Notes under the pieces: generated by a model
Seen by the model: only the letters and a program-made list of their open reading frames with translations
What the model was told of the DNA's origin: nothing
Database searches by the model: none
Translations under genes and position numbers: made by a program
Shown here: piece after piece, positions 38,346 through 53,369 of the stretch
Numbering within the stretch: position 1 is the first letter of the stretch
Layout: every line of letters starts with the position of its first letter
Assembly (NCBI RefSeq): GCF_009834535.1
Contig: NC_045696.1
Location: 85,686,001-85,750,000 of the forward strand
Reading direction: 5' to 3'
Origin: Camelus ferus
Taxonomy: Eukaryota
DNA length: 64,000 bases

Positions 38346-41300
38346 AGTAAAATGTAAAATAAGCCTTGCTAATAATAAGCCAGGAGGCTGCTTCTCTGGT
38401 CATTCCTATTCTGGGTATTAGAAATTTAAGGTGTTTATCAGTGTCTGAACTCTGGACAACTTTCTGTAACCGTAATTGAAATGATTCAGTGATTGAAATT
38501 TGTAAAGGTAACCAAAATAGTTAATTTTAGTGAAGCCACATTATTCAATGAGAGCTATACTCACTGTACATTTAACATCAATAAATGTTTATAACCAGAA
38601 CAAGTGGGTATTATAATGCATTCCTTTGGACTCAAAATCAGTAGCTGCTTGGCATCCTGAAGTTCCTTTTTTAACTTAGTAAATGTGCTTTTCCCAGTGA
38701 GTAGTGAAATTATACAGAATTGTTTGGTGTTTGTTCATGTTTTGTTTCAAAGATATTAAATCATTTTCAAAATGCTTGAATCTTTTTCTTTGTTTTTGAG
38801 CAAAGTACATAGCATTTTGGGTGTTATACTAGGAAGGTGACATTGGAAGTGCCAATGCTATATCTTTCTTTTCTTTCACTCCATTACCTGATATAATGAG
38901 CCAAAGTAGGAGATCTTTAATCTTTTCTTGTATTTATTCTTTTTTGAGTTCCTGATTAGGAATCATCTTAATACTGTAATGTCTGGAATTCTAGAAAGCA
39001 TAGGTCCATAAAACTATGTACAACTCAAAGACTAACAGAAATTTGAGCTGGAAGAATTTCACTTGAAAAACTGAGTAAAAAAAATGATTGTTAATAGAGA
39101 CTGAGGAAACAAAATCCCTGTTTCTCAACTGCACAAATTCTAGGAATCATGTGGTAAATATTGTTAAACATGCAGATTTGGTTAGCATTAGTTGATCCCT
39201 GAAATCTGTGTGTTTACGAATTACACAGACCTTTTTATGACCACACAAATTTGGTAAATATGGGTTAGCTTGGCGAAGACATATTTCTAATACTCTTCAC
39301 AGCTGAATCTGGGAGGACTGGATGACCCTGGCCACCAAATATGAGGAGCCTTAGATTCTTATTGACATTGCTTCTATAGTCTCTGTAAATTTTTGAATTC
39401 AACTTCTAGAGTAAATTTATATACAACAAAATGTACCCATTACAAGTGTACCTTTGAATGAGTTTTGTCTCTTAATTCAGTTATAGTAATGAAATACTTG
39501 TGGCATTCAAATGTTTTGAGGAAATACCTATTACTGTTTTAAAAATTAAAAATAATTATCCCTTTGGTTTTTTAAAAACCTTGATAGCAGAAAGCCTCAG
39601 AGGATGCCTTGGAACACCTGTTGATAACTTTGGTAGTCTGACTGTTATAATAGTATGAAAGCCTTCAAATCTGATTGCTTTGTCTTGGTGTAATCAAACT
39701 GTTTTCCATGAGGCTCTTACATGCCCTTCTTTAAGTCTTGAGTTGAAGTTCCACATTGGAAGACATTATACTGAAAGGCATCACATCCAATAATTACATT
39801 GAGTTTATTCTAATATTGGAAAACATATGACGGTCCCAACAATTTTGGGAAAGGAACTAAAGAATGCTGTAGAAAGCATCTTTAAATCACAATCAGAATG
39901 CTTTTTATCCTACTTTTGGAGAAATTTATGAGTATGTTTGCCAGTACTATAGAATGCTTTGTATATTGGCATGTTATTTCTGAAAATTATATAATTCATG
40001 CACTTCAAAATTATTTAGGATATTCAAGACATGTTTATTCTAGGAGTTATGAACTAAATAAATATTAGAGGGTAGACAGTACTATCAAATATTATCAAAT
40101 TCAGATATTTACATGTTTAAAGCCAAAACACACTAACAGTTTTTAAATTTATAGCTCTATTTCATTTATATTTCCTTAACAAATTAAAGTAAACTTGAAA
40201 TGTCTTTGATCCAATAAATACATACTCTTGATTTATGTTTTATCATTAGTTATTGCATAGGTTCAGTGGTTAAGAATATGTTATAACTCAGTGACCAAGA
40301 ATGCTCAGTAGATCTTGAAATGTTTTTTCAAATATAAATCTCCAAATTCTGGGTAAAACTTGGAGATAAGGAATGTATTTGAGTGATTTACTTGGTCCTT
40401 AAGTAAATGTCTATTGACCATCCTGGAGTGCTGTTTATTTCATTTCATAGTCTTACTGTAAACACCTTTTACTTGAATGGAAAGAATTCCTTACTAAGAT
40501 GTACAGTCTAAGACTCTTTTTTCTACTCTAATCTTTAATAATACTGTTGAATGATAGTGTATCAATGATGCTTTCAGACTGTTTTAAAAAGTGATTATGG
40601 GCATAGAGCACTGTCACCTATTTCCTTTAGTTTCCTTTCTTTTTTCAAGTGACTTACCATAATCTGACTTTGATTTCTAACTGATGTTTATGTATGTGAA
40701 AATGTATCTTTTAGATAGTAAGGATGTATAAGTTCACACTGATAAAATAAACTTGCTAATTAAATGTGATGGTCATAGAGCAAATGTCATAACCAAGGGA
40801 AAGTTTAAACAAGACAACCATTTGGTATCCTGAAATTTGGATTTGGCACTGAATGCATTATACATTAATGCTCTAAGTATAAGTTCTTCAACATAACCAT
40901 TTGTGTACAATTTCTTAGCCAAAGTGACTGTGAATTGCAAATGTTCTTCAGCCAGAATCATGTTTATTATATAACATTTGCTGTACTGTTTTAATTTAAG
41001 GAAAGCAAATATTAAAGTTATTTTGAATATTCCAAAAGTAAGTTGAAATTAAAGAATGTATAGAAAGGGACATATTCTCTCGACCAAAGCTAAAATATGT
41101 TCAAGTTACTACTTTCCAGTTCATGTTGTGCCATTTGTCTGTTGTTATCCTGAAGCTTACCTCCAAACCCCTCTCTCCCACAAGAATCCAATACAAAATT
41201 GAATTCTACATATTTTAATTCTCAAATTATTTTGTTACACAATACATTTTTTAAAGAGATGGGAACATGTATCATAAAAATGAATAATATGTTTAGACTT

Positions 41301-41439
41301 TCACTGCTTTTAAGGCAATTAAAGGTTAATAAGAAAATCTAAAGTCAATACTGTAAATCCTCAAAGTATGTAAGATTCTTTTAAGTTATATAACAATACC
41401 TACAAAGTTCATATTAACAAGGATGATTTAAGAAAAGTT

Positions 41440-42380
41440 ATATGTGTGCTTCTCAGCAGATCCAGCTTTTTTTCCTTAATTGGTATTATGTGTCCATGAT
41501 ATATATTATACACATTACTTGGTCCTTGATTTTTTTCCCTTGGAGATCCTTACATATGAGTCACTATATATGTGTCTTTCTTTTGAATGGCTGTACAATA
41601 TTCTGTTTTGTGTGTGCATCATAAGCTATTTAACTAGTTATATAATGAACTAAAAATTCCAATTTTTGCTGTTATAAACAAAACTGCAGTGAATATACAT
41701 CATTTGAATGTATGCAATTATACATGTATTAAAAAAAGACCTATGGATGTAACTGCTGGGTCAACAAACATACACACTTAAAATTTTAGTACACATTCCC
41801 CAAATTGCTGTTCACCAAGCTGGCACCAATTTCCTACCCAGCAGCACATATGAGGACTGTTCCCTACACACTCTCCATCACAGTGTCATCCAATTATTTT
41901 ATTGCTCGGGGTGAAACATGATCTGGCAGTTTTAAATTTTATACCTCTTATCTTGAGTGATTTTGAGCATATTTATTTACTGAGTCACTTTTTTTCCTGG
42001 GTGATGTCAATTTGTATCTTTTTCCATTTTTTGATTGGATCATTAGTCTATTTCTTACTGATTTGTAGGAACCTTTAATTCCAAAAAGTAAATTTTGGCA
42101 CTTGACATGAATTCCCAAAATTTTCTCAAATTGTCTTCTTAATCCTTTCTTTGTTTAGAGTGTTTCAGGCAAAGAAGATCATTTATATTTTTGTGCACTT
42201 GATTTATCAGTCTTCTTTCTTTTCTATTTTCTGAATTTTGAAATATACTTAGATGCATTCTCTATTCAGTTTTTATTTTTAAAAAGTAGATGAGAATGAA
42301 TAAGAAAACTTATTTTCTTCTGGTAATTTTATACTTTATTATTTTATTTTAACATTTTTAACGTATCTGAGACTTCAAAA
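41440..42380 (-). mobile_element. Old L1M fragment
   Basis: Antisense L1 text: ttgctgttataaacaaaactgcagtgaatat, ccaatttcctacccagcagcacatatgagg, tttcttactgatttgtaggaac. Confidence 0.7.
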
Positions 42381-45379
42381 TTTATTTTAGTGCAACTTCC
42401 ATAAGCAAGAGGTAGGTAACAATTAGGGGTAAAGAGGGTAAAGAAATCAAGTCAGCAAGAGGGAAGAGCTGTCAGTGAAAAATCTTGAATGTGACAGTAG
42501 TACACTTTTAGTCATTTTCTCCTTAGGAAGAATCAATCATTAAAATAAACATTATAGCTGGTATTTGGTATCACAGGCTTATCTAAATATAGATTATTGT
42601 AGAATTTCTGAAGGTGATTAGGGAGTCTTAGATATACATAAGACTGTACAAACATCCTGGATATATAATAATATTTATCTTTCACATGCATTTTAAATTA
42701 TCTACTTAATTCAAAAAATTTCAGCCCCTTTTCATAGCTTCAGTCTCCATGGTTGAAAGAGAAATGAAATATGCCTTGACAAAGTGCCTCACTGGAAACT
42801 AGTGACTATTGTAACATGTGATTCCTGCATGTATACTCTCACAATCAAGCTAATATCCCTGTAAACAAAATGACCTGGTGAACTCTGGGGCTTCACCCAT
42901 GTAATTCAGATAGTGCTGAGGAGCTTATTCACACTCACATTGTGCATGAACATATTATTTACTGCTTAAAATATATAATAAGCTAAACTCCAGTTGTTTA
43001 TACAAAGAGCAAGGCCTTCTGAGATAGAAATGTCTCACTTTTCCACTGACTGTATATTGAACCTCTCCTTCCCCATCTGTAACTCTAGAGCAGTTGTTCA
43101 TTTCATATTTTTTTCTTTTCCTTTTTTTTTTTTTGCAGATAAAATAAAATAATGAGAAAATAATAGTACAATGTTTTATATAAAAACTTAGTATAGGGGA
43201 ACTCCCATCCTTTTCTCTACTGGAAACTTTTTGTTTCATAATACTGGAGGTTTTACTTACTTCAACAAGTTTCTATAATAACTCTCCCAATATGTTATTA
43301 TCATTTTAAAGTATTTTTATTCCTCGAAGTCATTTCTAGGGAAACTAGTTTGTAAATGTAAATTCCTTTTTATTTAAGAACAAGGTAACTAGGCAATGCC
43401 CTGAAATACCCAAAATATTTCAAGTAATTAATTTTATTTCAATTAATATATTAATTTTTAATAAAAAGCAACTTAGAGTCACATAACATTGTACACTTTC
43501 AATGATTACATGACTTGATTTCTTACCATATTGCTCTATGTTTCAAATGCTATTATGTCTGTGTTACATGACTTTTAGTCATTTTCTTTTGCAGATTTAT
43601 CTTCTTTGGGTGGTTTTTCTTAAATTTATTTTGCTGTTAGTGGCTTAAAAAGATAAAATGTAGGCTCCTGACATTTCAAAAACAATTCACTTGGACTGGT
43701 TGGCATTAACTTGAATATTGATGTTATTGTAGTAGTAGGACAGATGCTCTTGAAACAGCATGTGCTTCCACTCTGTATTGTACAAAGTGACCAACAGAAT
43801 ACTCAAAATAAATTTAATCTGATTTAATTGCAAACTTTTATTTCTTGCTTAATGTAGTAAATAAATTTAAATGTTAAGAGATCACAACAAAACACATGTA
43901 GAATAAGATTATTTAAATATATACCCTCCTACATCCAGCTTTATTTTTTGCTTCTTTTTTTGCATTTTTATGTCTTGCAGCTAACCTTGAAACCAAGAAA
44001 ATGATGATTTAAAGAAATGAGTGTAGTGTTTATATAATGGGCTTCCATTCTTGATTTCTGGAGTTAAACATTAGGGACAAGAGATAGTTTGTGTGATTAA
44101 CTACTCTCTCATTATTTGGTCCCTATCAACAGATTTGACTGTTGATGTCCTTACTCTTTATAATCTGCACATGCAGTCCTTGTTTCTGATATTATCCTAG
44201 TCACATATGACTGACATTTGTGGCCTTTCTAATTCATAAAGTGCTCAAACAATAGTAATTATCCTGTTCAATGTCTACTCTCCTTTTCATGTGCCTCAGT
44301 CATCCTAACTGCAACTTAACATAATTGTTAGTAGATATCAGTGGGCATATTATCAGTAGGATTGAGGGAAAGGAAAGGAGTTAGTGACCCAAAAAGGAAA
44401 TTTGCTTCCTTGCAAAGAACAGAGATACGGAAACATAGGAAAAAAGGAAGAAAAGTTCAAGTGTCTGAAATAATTTTGTCTACCTGAGACAGGTAGATCC
44501 AAAAGCATCGTCTTTATAGCTATTCAAGAAATGTATGCAAATAGAAATACACATAAATAAGAATTTCCTAGTTTTAGTCCTGGTATTTTATTCTGGAAGC
44601 AAGGACAGGAAGGGTTGAAAAATAATTTGTCTGAGATGAAAAAATTAAATCTGACAGAACTTTACTTAAAATGGAACTTATTTTATACATGAGAAAAATG
44701 AAGTGAATGTGAAATAACTTGCTTAATCTCAAATATAAATATTCAGTAGTTCAGCAAGAGCTATCTCCCAGAACAACATTCAGTTAGGTAGACAGGAGAG
44801 CAAGTTGCCTTGAGTTTGAGGTACGGTGATGTGAACTACCCCAACTTTATACTAGTCAGAAGAATCTTATGGAACAGCAAACAAATGAACTTTACTATTT
44901 CTGAAATATTATGATGGGAAGAAAGAATTTAATATCCCATTAATTAACCAGTAATTTGCTCTCATTCAATAGATAGTTATTGAATGCCTGCTATTATGAA
45001 ACTTTTAAATAATATTCTGGAATAAGTATCAAAGGTTACTTGCATAGTTTCTGCTTTCCTCTATTGCCTATCCTTTATCTTTGGGCAAAGATCAAAGTTA
45101 TCTTCTCTTTTATAAATGTTACTATCTTAAACATATTTTTTTAAAATCCAAATTCAGGAAAAGTTTGGAAATAATTAGGAAAATAGTTATGGTCTATACT
45201 TTCTTATTTTTTTCCCATTCTTCCAATTCATTAATTAGTCTTATATTTCTAGAAAAGCTTGAGGGGTTTGATTTGTACTTACCCATTTCACTTGAGTTAT
45301 CAGATATTTTCATGGACACTGTTAAACTCTTACTTCCTAAGTTTTTTTAAATCACATATTTTTGAGAGTTTTTATTTAT

Positions 45380-46973
45380 GAGGGTTCATATCAAGATGGC
45401 AGAGAAAGAGGACTTGAAGCTCACCTCCCTCCACAAACACATCAAAAATACATCTATATATGGATCAATTCTCACTGAAAACTGGCAGAAGGACTCCTGT
45501 AAAATCATGGCTATAAGAAAGATACACACATAGTCAGGTAGAAAGGGGAGAAAAGTCATTGGATCAGGACGTGTGCCACTGGGAGGGGACTCAGAGGAAA
45601 AGGAGGATTGATTACACAGGTGGACACCCACCCTGGAGAGTGAGCAGCTTGAGCAACAGATTGGACGTCCCAATCCTGGGGTCCTACGTGAGGGAAGCAA
45701 GCCATCTTGTCTGGTTGGAGGACCACTGAGACTAACAGAAGAGGGCTACAAGAATCCTGGATTCTGCTCATGAAGAGCATTTGCACACTGGCTTGCCCCT
45801 GATGCAGAGTGGAGAGAGGTCTGCTCTAGCAGCTGCCTGGTTTCCCATGACTGCCCAGTCATGCACTCTAGCCCAAACTAAGGGAATGCTCAGGCCCTGA
45901 TCACTTCACATCACAGCACTGGATCTGGGGTGGCCACGACTGGGGAAAAGACTCAAAAAAGAGACACAGAAGTAACCCAGTCCTGAGACAGAGACTGGGT
46001 GGGGTGGCAGACGCCATTGTTGGTGCTTACTCAAGAAACATGTCAGAAGCAGCCCAGAGCTCTGACAGTGACCACTCCTCCACAACTTACTACTGATACA
46101 TGACCAGAGGCCATGAAGGCCCCATCTGCCCTCTGGAACAATTCCACAACAGGGTGGGTCAGCATAGGCTGGGAGCAGTGATCAACTGTGAAGAACAAAG
46201 GAGACTTCCACCCAAGACTGTGAGCAGAGCAGTTGGTGCCTGCATAGGCAGCTCATTGGAACTCTGTGGCTTACACAAGCTGACATTTCACACAGGTCAT
46301 CACTCACCTACTCTGTTTCATCACTCACCTACTCTGGGGCAAGGGTCTGGTGCAGGGAGAGTGAAAAAACACACAGTTAAATGGAACAGAGCCAGCCTGG
46401 ACCCAATCCTCAAGGCTTCTGCTGCAGCAACTTGGGATGAGACCCCATCCCGAGTATGGAGGTGACAGCAGAGAGAAATTTCTGCCTCACACCCAGCTCC
46501 AGCTCTATCCCCTCCATCTCCAGCTCCGACCTCTACCAAAGTGACAGCTGCCAGTATGCCCTGAGGAAAGACTTGACTTATATCCATGTCATATCCAGCT
46601 CTCTCATCAAAGGCATTGAGCATATGCAGTCTGTGCAGGGAGGTTCCCGTATAAGACCAGCTCTTTGCAGTAGATAACTTCTTTCACCTAAATTCATAAA
46701 GGCAGAGAAAGTTAAGCAAAATGAAAAAGCAAAAGAACTATAACCAGTTAAAAGAACAAGAGAAAACCCCTGAAAACATAATTTATCAGGAAATAGAAAT
46801 AAACAATTTACCAAATAAAGAATTGAAAGCATTGGTAATAAAAATGTTAACTGAAATCATAAACCCTCTAGAAAAGAACATAGGCAAAACACTCTGACAT
46901 AAATTGTAGCAATTTTTTTTGGATCTGTCCTCTAAGGTAAAAGAAATAAAAGTGAAAATAAACAATGGGACCA
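45380..46973 (+). mobile_element. L1 5' UTR plus ORF1 start, joined to a late ORF2 fragment (internally deleted, 3' end missing)
   Basis: Begins with the YY1-type motif caagatggc. A ~1.3 kb GC-richer UTR follows, then an ORF1-like N-terminus from 46721 (MKKQKNYNQLKEQEKTPE...NLPNKELKALVIKML), then ORF2-like LEKNIGKTL and, after a frameshift, KEIKVKIN. Confidence 0.85.
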
Positions 46974-49329
46974 ATTTTTTTCTTGTTTAAAAAGTGATAG
47001 CATTATGATCATTCCAGATTTCTATATTCCAGGCGAAAGTTGGAATCTCCACATTTTGAAATGTAAGTAAAACAAACTTCTTTTTGAGAAATCAGGTTGC
47101 TAAAATTGACCTCTCCAAAAGTAGAAATTCTTAACAACACAGTATTCCTGGAAGAAGCTGATGTATTTTCCTTCCAAAACATGTCTTGGTGCAAGTAGTT
47201 ATCAGTTTTGTGCAGATAACCTTGTGACTATTCAAAGCAAACACTAGATGTTTTCTGAGTTGTTTTCCTCTGTTACTGGGGAAGGAGTAGAAAAGTTAAT
47301 TAGATGTGTATATTATAAGTGACATGAACACATAGACTTTTCCTGGATTAAGATTTCTTTTAATATAATTCAAATAATGTAGTCCAAAACCTAAAATTAA
47401 CCCTGATTATTAGTTTGACTTTATACTGTAGGTATAGATTCTCAGACATTCTGGGGAAATTATTACAGTATTAGTATTGTAACCTTTGTTTAGTATATTC
47501 TGAAAACATCAGGGAAATTTGCTAGTAATATAAAATGATATCACTATAGTCTGTTTTCTCATTTTAATTGACAATTTTCCTATTGTGTCATAGTTTTATA
47601 ACTCAAGACTTTTGTTCCCAGTGCAAGGTCTCACATACTTTATGAGGCAATAATTGTAGAAATGGGAGTACCATTCATCTTGTTATCCTTCTTAATGCAA
47701 AGTTGGCATTTGGTAATATCAATAGTTAAAATGGTCATAAAAATCTCAGAATGTAGTGAATGTATTAGAGCTGGGCAGATTTTCTTAATTCAGTGGTTGC
47801 TTATTGACTTGGAAAACTTACGAGTTAAATGAGCTTTGAGTCTGTATTTCCCTTCTAAAAACTAATGTTTTATGAAACTATTTCTGATTTGGGTGAATAC
47901 TAAAATTAATATTGGAAAATATTTGATGTAATTTTAATTGAAATTTTAGAAAGGTTACATCTTAGAGATGTTCACTCATAGGGGCTACTTCATTACCTTC
48001 AAGTAATTTCTATTTTAATTAATTTAAAATTTCCTTTTTAGTAATTGCCAACTAATAAATATTTCATGAATTACGTTAAGGGTGAAGAAATAAGAAACTG
48101 AAGTGATTAGTCCATTTTTCATTGAGAACTTACTATCATTGTTAAAACCTTTACCAAATTAGAATTGGAAATTTGTTAAACACACAGTTTTTACTAATTA
48201 TTCTTAACATATGGAAATTATCCAGAGAAATTTAGAAAACAAGTTTCTCAGCTGACTTCAGTGTTCTCACTTATTTGCCAAATAAATATGACTTTAAGTC
48301 TCTATTAAATATTTTATTAAAATAGGTAAATCTCACAGTGCTAAGGGCATCAGATTAATTTTAGAATATCCTCTAGTCCACTTATTTTTATTTTTCTCCA
48401 CCGTTATATATATAACTTCTGTTTCTAGAATGTATACATTAAGTAGCCATTCAAGAGAAATATGGTCTGTGTACTTTGAATTCATTATTTAGTCTCTATT
48501 ATTATCACCTATTTCCAATATGTGAATGAATATCCCATCATCCAAAAAGTGGTTTTTCCCACAATAAATTCCCTATAATTACAATATGGAAATAAGGTAA
48601 AGAAAATTATTAAGCTGGAAATTTTAGGAATGTTTTCATAAACCAAATATCAATTCAATAATATTTGCAATATATATACAATAATAATTAGAAAGATTGT
48701 TCTCAGGCATTCATTTTTATTATTTGTTCCATTTTATGTGGATTGCAAAGACTTATAATATTACATAGAAAAAATAATTTTTTTATTATCATATGATTGA
48801 AATGTAGTAGGTAACAATCTATCTTGTCTATTTTCCCTAATGATTAAATGACAGATTTTGAAAATTAACTTACTAAGAGTTCTTTGAGAACTTATATTTG
48901 ACATGAACCAACTCTTCCCATCTAGGTCACTGTTCACATTTCAAGAATGCAGATTTGACAAAAATAAATAAAACCTTTACCCCAAAATAGCAAAGCATGA
49001 GTAATAAAGTAATACATTTTAATTTCCATTTTGCAATCATTTATAGTGATTGTATTAGTCCTAAGATTTTATTATTTTTTATTAGTCTTAGATGTTTATG
49101 CAGTGTATATATGCATATAGTTTCCTGATTTGTGAAAATACTTGGCAAGCCATACAGTGGAAGCCAGAGGGGATAATAGATCATACACATAATCCAGCTA
49201 GCAATCTCTTGATCCATACTGGACACATTTAACATTTCATCATTAGAATTTGTAATTCAATAACCAATATCTATTCTCACCATCTGTATCATATGTGTAT
49301 AAAGTACTCTTATAAAGAGACTCAAATCT

Positions 49330-49760
49330 TCACCGGCTCAAGGAAGATAGATTATTTCTCTCTCATAACAGTTCAGAGGAAAGTTAATGATCTAGACTGG
49401 ATAGGTAACTGGTTCACAATGTGATCCAGGATTCTGAGTCTCTCCTAGCTTCTTATTCCAGTACTCCTTGGGGATACATGGTCAAAGCTGACTTTCAGAA
49501 CTATATGTGTGTTTGACTTATAGAAAGAATCAAATAGAGGATGTAGGGGGCAAGCCATTTCTTCTTAAAAACATAATGTAGAAGTTGCATGCATGAACTC
49601 TGGTTTCATCCCACTGACTAGAATTTAGTTTCATAGACAAAATCAGCATCTGAGAGATTGGACAATGTAATTTATAGATGGATAGGCATGCACCGTATTA
49701 AATTTAGGGGATTCTGCCACTAAAAGGAAGAAAAGAGAGATGAAAAATTGGCACTGCTGC
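49330..49760 (-). mobile_element. Old MaLR LTR (MLT1J/K-like)
   Basis: ggctcaaggaagatagattatttctctctcataacagttcagagg...gaagttgcatgc...catcccactgactagaatttagtttcatagaca. Confidence 0.55.
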
Positions 49761-49801
49761 TGGCGAGACTGTGATAAACAGTGCTTTTAAGTAGGCTATA
49801 C

Positions 49802-50105
49802 TGTTGTTGCAAAAATTGACTTATAAGCGTATTGCTGCTTTATTATCAATGCTGTCCCCAGTTCCATTTTGTTCCTCCCACCTCCTGAACAAGGATTATG
49901 ACACCTAATTATTGAATTGCCCTCACTTCTGGACATTATCCAATCCAGACCTAGTGCCCGCCCCTTCTCTAATTTCTCTTTACACTCCCTTAGCATAAGT
50001 CCAAGTCCTATAATAAATACCTCTCAACTTTAGCTGAGACACCCTGCTCTTCCTTGTTTGACTACAGTCGTGTTCCTGGTGATCTTTGGCCAGTGGGATT
50101 TGACA
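49802..50105 (+). mobile_element. Probable ERV1-class LTR remnant
   Basis: TG...CA ends, ccattttgttcc, ccaatc, tataataaata and 3' ...ggtgatctttggccagtgggatttgaca; no clear TSD. Confidence 0.5.
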
Positions 50106-50209
50106 AGGGAATATTGATGTAGGTATACAATTGACAAGTCACTGCTATACCCTGCTTCATAAAAAAAAAAAAAAGTTGTGTGTTATTGTGAATTAAGTAA
50201 AGGTGAGGA

Positions 50210-51090
50210 GGGTATTGTCCTTGCTCTCTATTCTCAGTCTCGTGGAAAATATGAGCAAGCATGGATAGCTGTAATATGAGAGAGGCTAAGAGAGTACTGG
50301 AACACCAAGTATGAAATACACTGTTATGGAGGGGAGTGGGGAGAAATTAGCGCTCTTGAGGGCAAGTAGATGGATTTGAAGAGTTTCTTTGGAAGAAGAA
50401 TGATGTCAACTGATACTGGAAAGATAGATACAGTTTGCATTAAGGAAGGGCAATGCAGTTTCTGGACCAAATAAGCACAGGTGTGAGCTTAAGAAAATGG
50501 AAGAGCTTAGCATGGCCAGAGAGTGAGCTACCTGGGAAGTAAGATAAAATGGCAAACACCAAATTTAGAGTTTTAAATATAAGGTTAAGTAGTTTAGATC
50601 TTTACCTCCAGGCAGTTGGTGCTGTTGGAATACTGCATTTGGATCAGAACAAGTTGCATTATTTTGTTGGAGAGAGGTAGGATACTTTAGGGGAAAAGAG
50701 AGAACTAGAGTAACTGGAGTCTGGAAAAAGAAGTTAGGAAAGAATTACAGTAATGTAGACTTGAAGTTATAAATTACAGTGACTGCAGTAAAGCAGTAAA
50801 GAAAGATAGTGTATAAGATCTCGAGGGAGGGCACTTGCAGAATTAAGTGTCTGCATATGATGCTGAACAAAAAGTTGAAAATTTTGAGCCTTTATGACTT
50901 GGAGAAAACACGAGATATTAGGATAAAGAGATAGATAATGATCTTGATGGAGATGATGACTTCTGGTTTAGATCTACTAAAGATGAGTTATCTGGAAATT
51001 TGGGTCTAAAGCTTTTAAGAATAGTGAGACCTAAATATAAAAAAAGGAGAGTCAACTGTGCTGTTTTATCAGTGAATGATAAGATTGAGG
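50210..51090 (-). mobile_element. L2 fragment
   Basis: Purine-rich antisense L2 text (gcatggccagagagtgag, ggttaagtagtttagatcttttacctccaggcagttgg, aagaattacagtaatgtagacttga). Confidence 0.55.
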
Positions 51091-52379
51091 TACTAGTACT
51101 TATCTATGTCCTATCTTCTGGCACTCTTCACATAGTCCCCCGGGTTTTGGTCTCTCTCGTGGTGCTGGCTTCTAGCCCTTTACTTTTCTTCTAAATTTCT
51201 TTCCATTCAATGTTTTATATGTGTCTTGAAGCAGGAACCTTGGCTTCTGTCTTTGTATTTGTATCTACTGCATCTCCTTCTGGCTTTAAGAGATAACAAC
51301 TCAAACAAATTTAACAATTCCTAGAACCTCCTTACAGCCCTTCTTCTCTACTTATATGGCCATTTTCTTTCTAGATTTTTCATAGGCCTTTGAAAGAAAT
51401 AGGACACTTTTGGTGATTCAGGGTTTCGAAGTACCTCTGCATCATCACTGTGAATATCAGATTTTTCTCTTCTCTTTTTTTGTATTCTTCTGGCCAGCAA
51501 TATATGAAACTAGAATAGTAAATCATATAACTTTTAACCTAGAGTGTATGTTGCATAAGTTATATGCATATGCATAAGTTGATATGCATAAGTTATACTG
51601 AAATGCATATTTCAAAGTCTAAATACAGTAAAGTCCATGAAGAGAGTAGGTGAGCACTTAAATGTTCTGATTACTAAAAATGTCAGTTACCAGGTATGGT
51701 TTAATTTTACTCTTGGTGTTTGCAACTGTTTTTTGCCTATTGCCTACCCATCTCAATTTATCTGTTATTTTATTTCATGAAGTTGTAAATATTTGTATAA
51801 TTTGTATATTGATAAGTGAAATTTTTAAAACTTATAATTGCTTTGCAAGAAAAACAATATATTTATAAGTTAAAATGTCTTTTTTCATTACTGTATGTAA
51901 TTTTTTGTATCTTTAATTGTGTACCCTTATATTGTGGTATTGTCTGAATTTACCATCTAAGCAATTCATGAGGACGTTGCTCCCTTATTGGTGAGGTTAA
52001 TGAATAGAACAGAACTAGGTAAGGAGGATATATGGAACAGAGGGAGCAAAAAAACTGCTTAAAGCAAAGGTCAGCTCATGGCACCAGACAGGGAAATCTT
52101 GATACGAAGTTGAAGATATGAAAATTTAAAATCACATGAAGCTTTTTAAATAGCACAAAAACTATCACTTAAAATGTGTCTACATATAAAAGAAAATCTA
52201 AAAGATGACTAAAACTTAACAGAGATTTAGTTTCAATTCAAAGCTATGGGAAGCTGGAAAGTGTTTATTCTCACTCTTACAAGAGTGGAAAAAATGGTGG
52301 TCAAACCACTAATTAATTACTTTATTTTGATCCAGTCAGAAAACTGAAATTGAAGGGAAACCAACTAACCCAAATTTTA

Positions 52380-53030
52380 GGGTTGGTCCATGTTTTTGCA
52401 TGAATCAATATTCCTAACTTTTCACTGCTGAGTAGTACACTATTGTATACATATGCCAAGTGTAGATGGATACCTGAGTTATTACCAGTTTCGGGGAAAT
52501 TGTTAGTAATGTTTCTATAAACACTAATGCAGAAAATTCACAGTCAACTTGCCTCTATCTATTTGCTGGGATTTTTATTGAAATTATATTGAATATATAG
52601 ATCTAATTGTTAAGAACACCCACTTAACAATATTGAGTTTTCTAATCCATAAATATGGTTTACCTCTCCATTTATTCAGTTCTTTGACTTCTTTCATCAA
52701 CAATTTGTTGTTTTCCAAAGAGATTCTACACGTATTTTGTTGGATTTATACCCAAGTGCTCATTTTTCATGCTATCATAGATCATTTATTTATATATCTC
52801 TATATATGATACATATTTTTCTTGCTATCTATCTATCTATCTATCTGTCTGTCTATATTTTAGTTTCAGTTTCCAGTCATCATTGCTGTTTTGTAGGAAC
52901 ACGATTGACTTTCGTATACTGACCTTATATCCTGTGACCTTGCTACACTCACATCTTGGTTCTAGGAGTTTGAGGTTGATTTAACAAGATTTTCCACTTA
53001 TCTAATTATGTGCTTTGTGAATAGAGAGGA
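52380..53030 (-). mobile_element. Old L1M fragments
   Basis: tgctgggatttttattgaaattatattgaatatatagatc...ttaacaatattgagttttctaatccataaatatgg...gaccttatatcctgtgaccttgcta. Confidence 0.8.
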
Positions 53031-53369
53031 AATCACTTATAATTTGTTACATTGGACTTAGTCTTGCCCATTGAGACCATTCTAGAATAATTCTAATCTT
53101 ATTTCCATATCACTGCTCTTTATATACTGGAAATTCTCCTTTTTATCTCCCCAGAGTCTAGCAGTAATCCATGCATATACTTCTTTTACTGTTGCTCTTT
53201 AAACTGATATTCAGGATGCCTCAAAAAACTAAGTACTCTACTTTGTGCAACCAAATTATTTTAATACATATTTATTTGAAAAGGTAGTGTCCAGATTATA
53301 TGCAGAACTCAGTTACTAACCATTTCAGAGTCAGATTGGACTCATTGTGAGAGCAGAGCTGTAATAATG

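Noticed and set aside
45386..46832. ORFs of 73-121 aa
   Set aside because: Almost entirely within the GC-richer L1 5' UTR, with one antisense to the ORF1 start; no coding signature.
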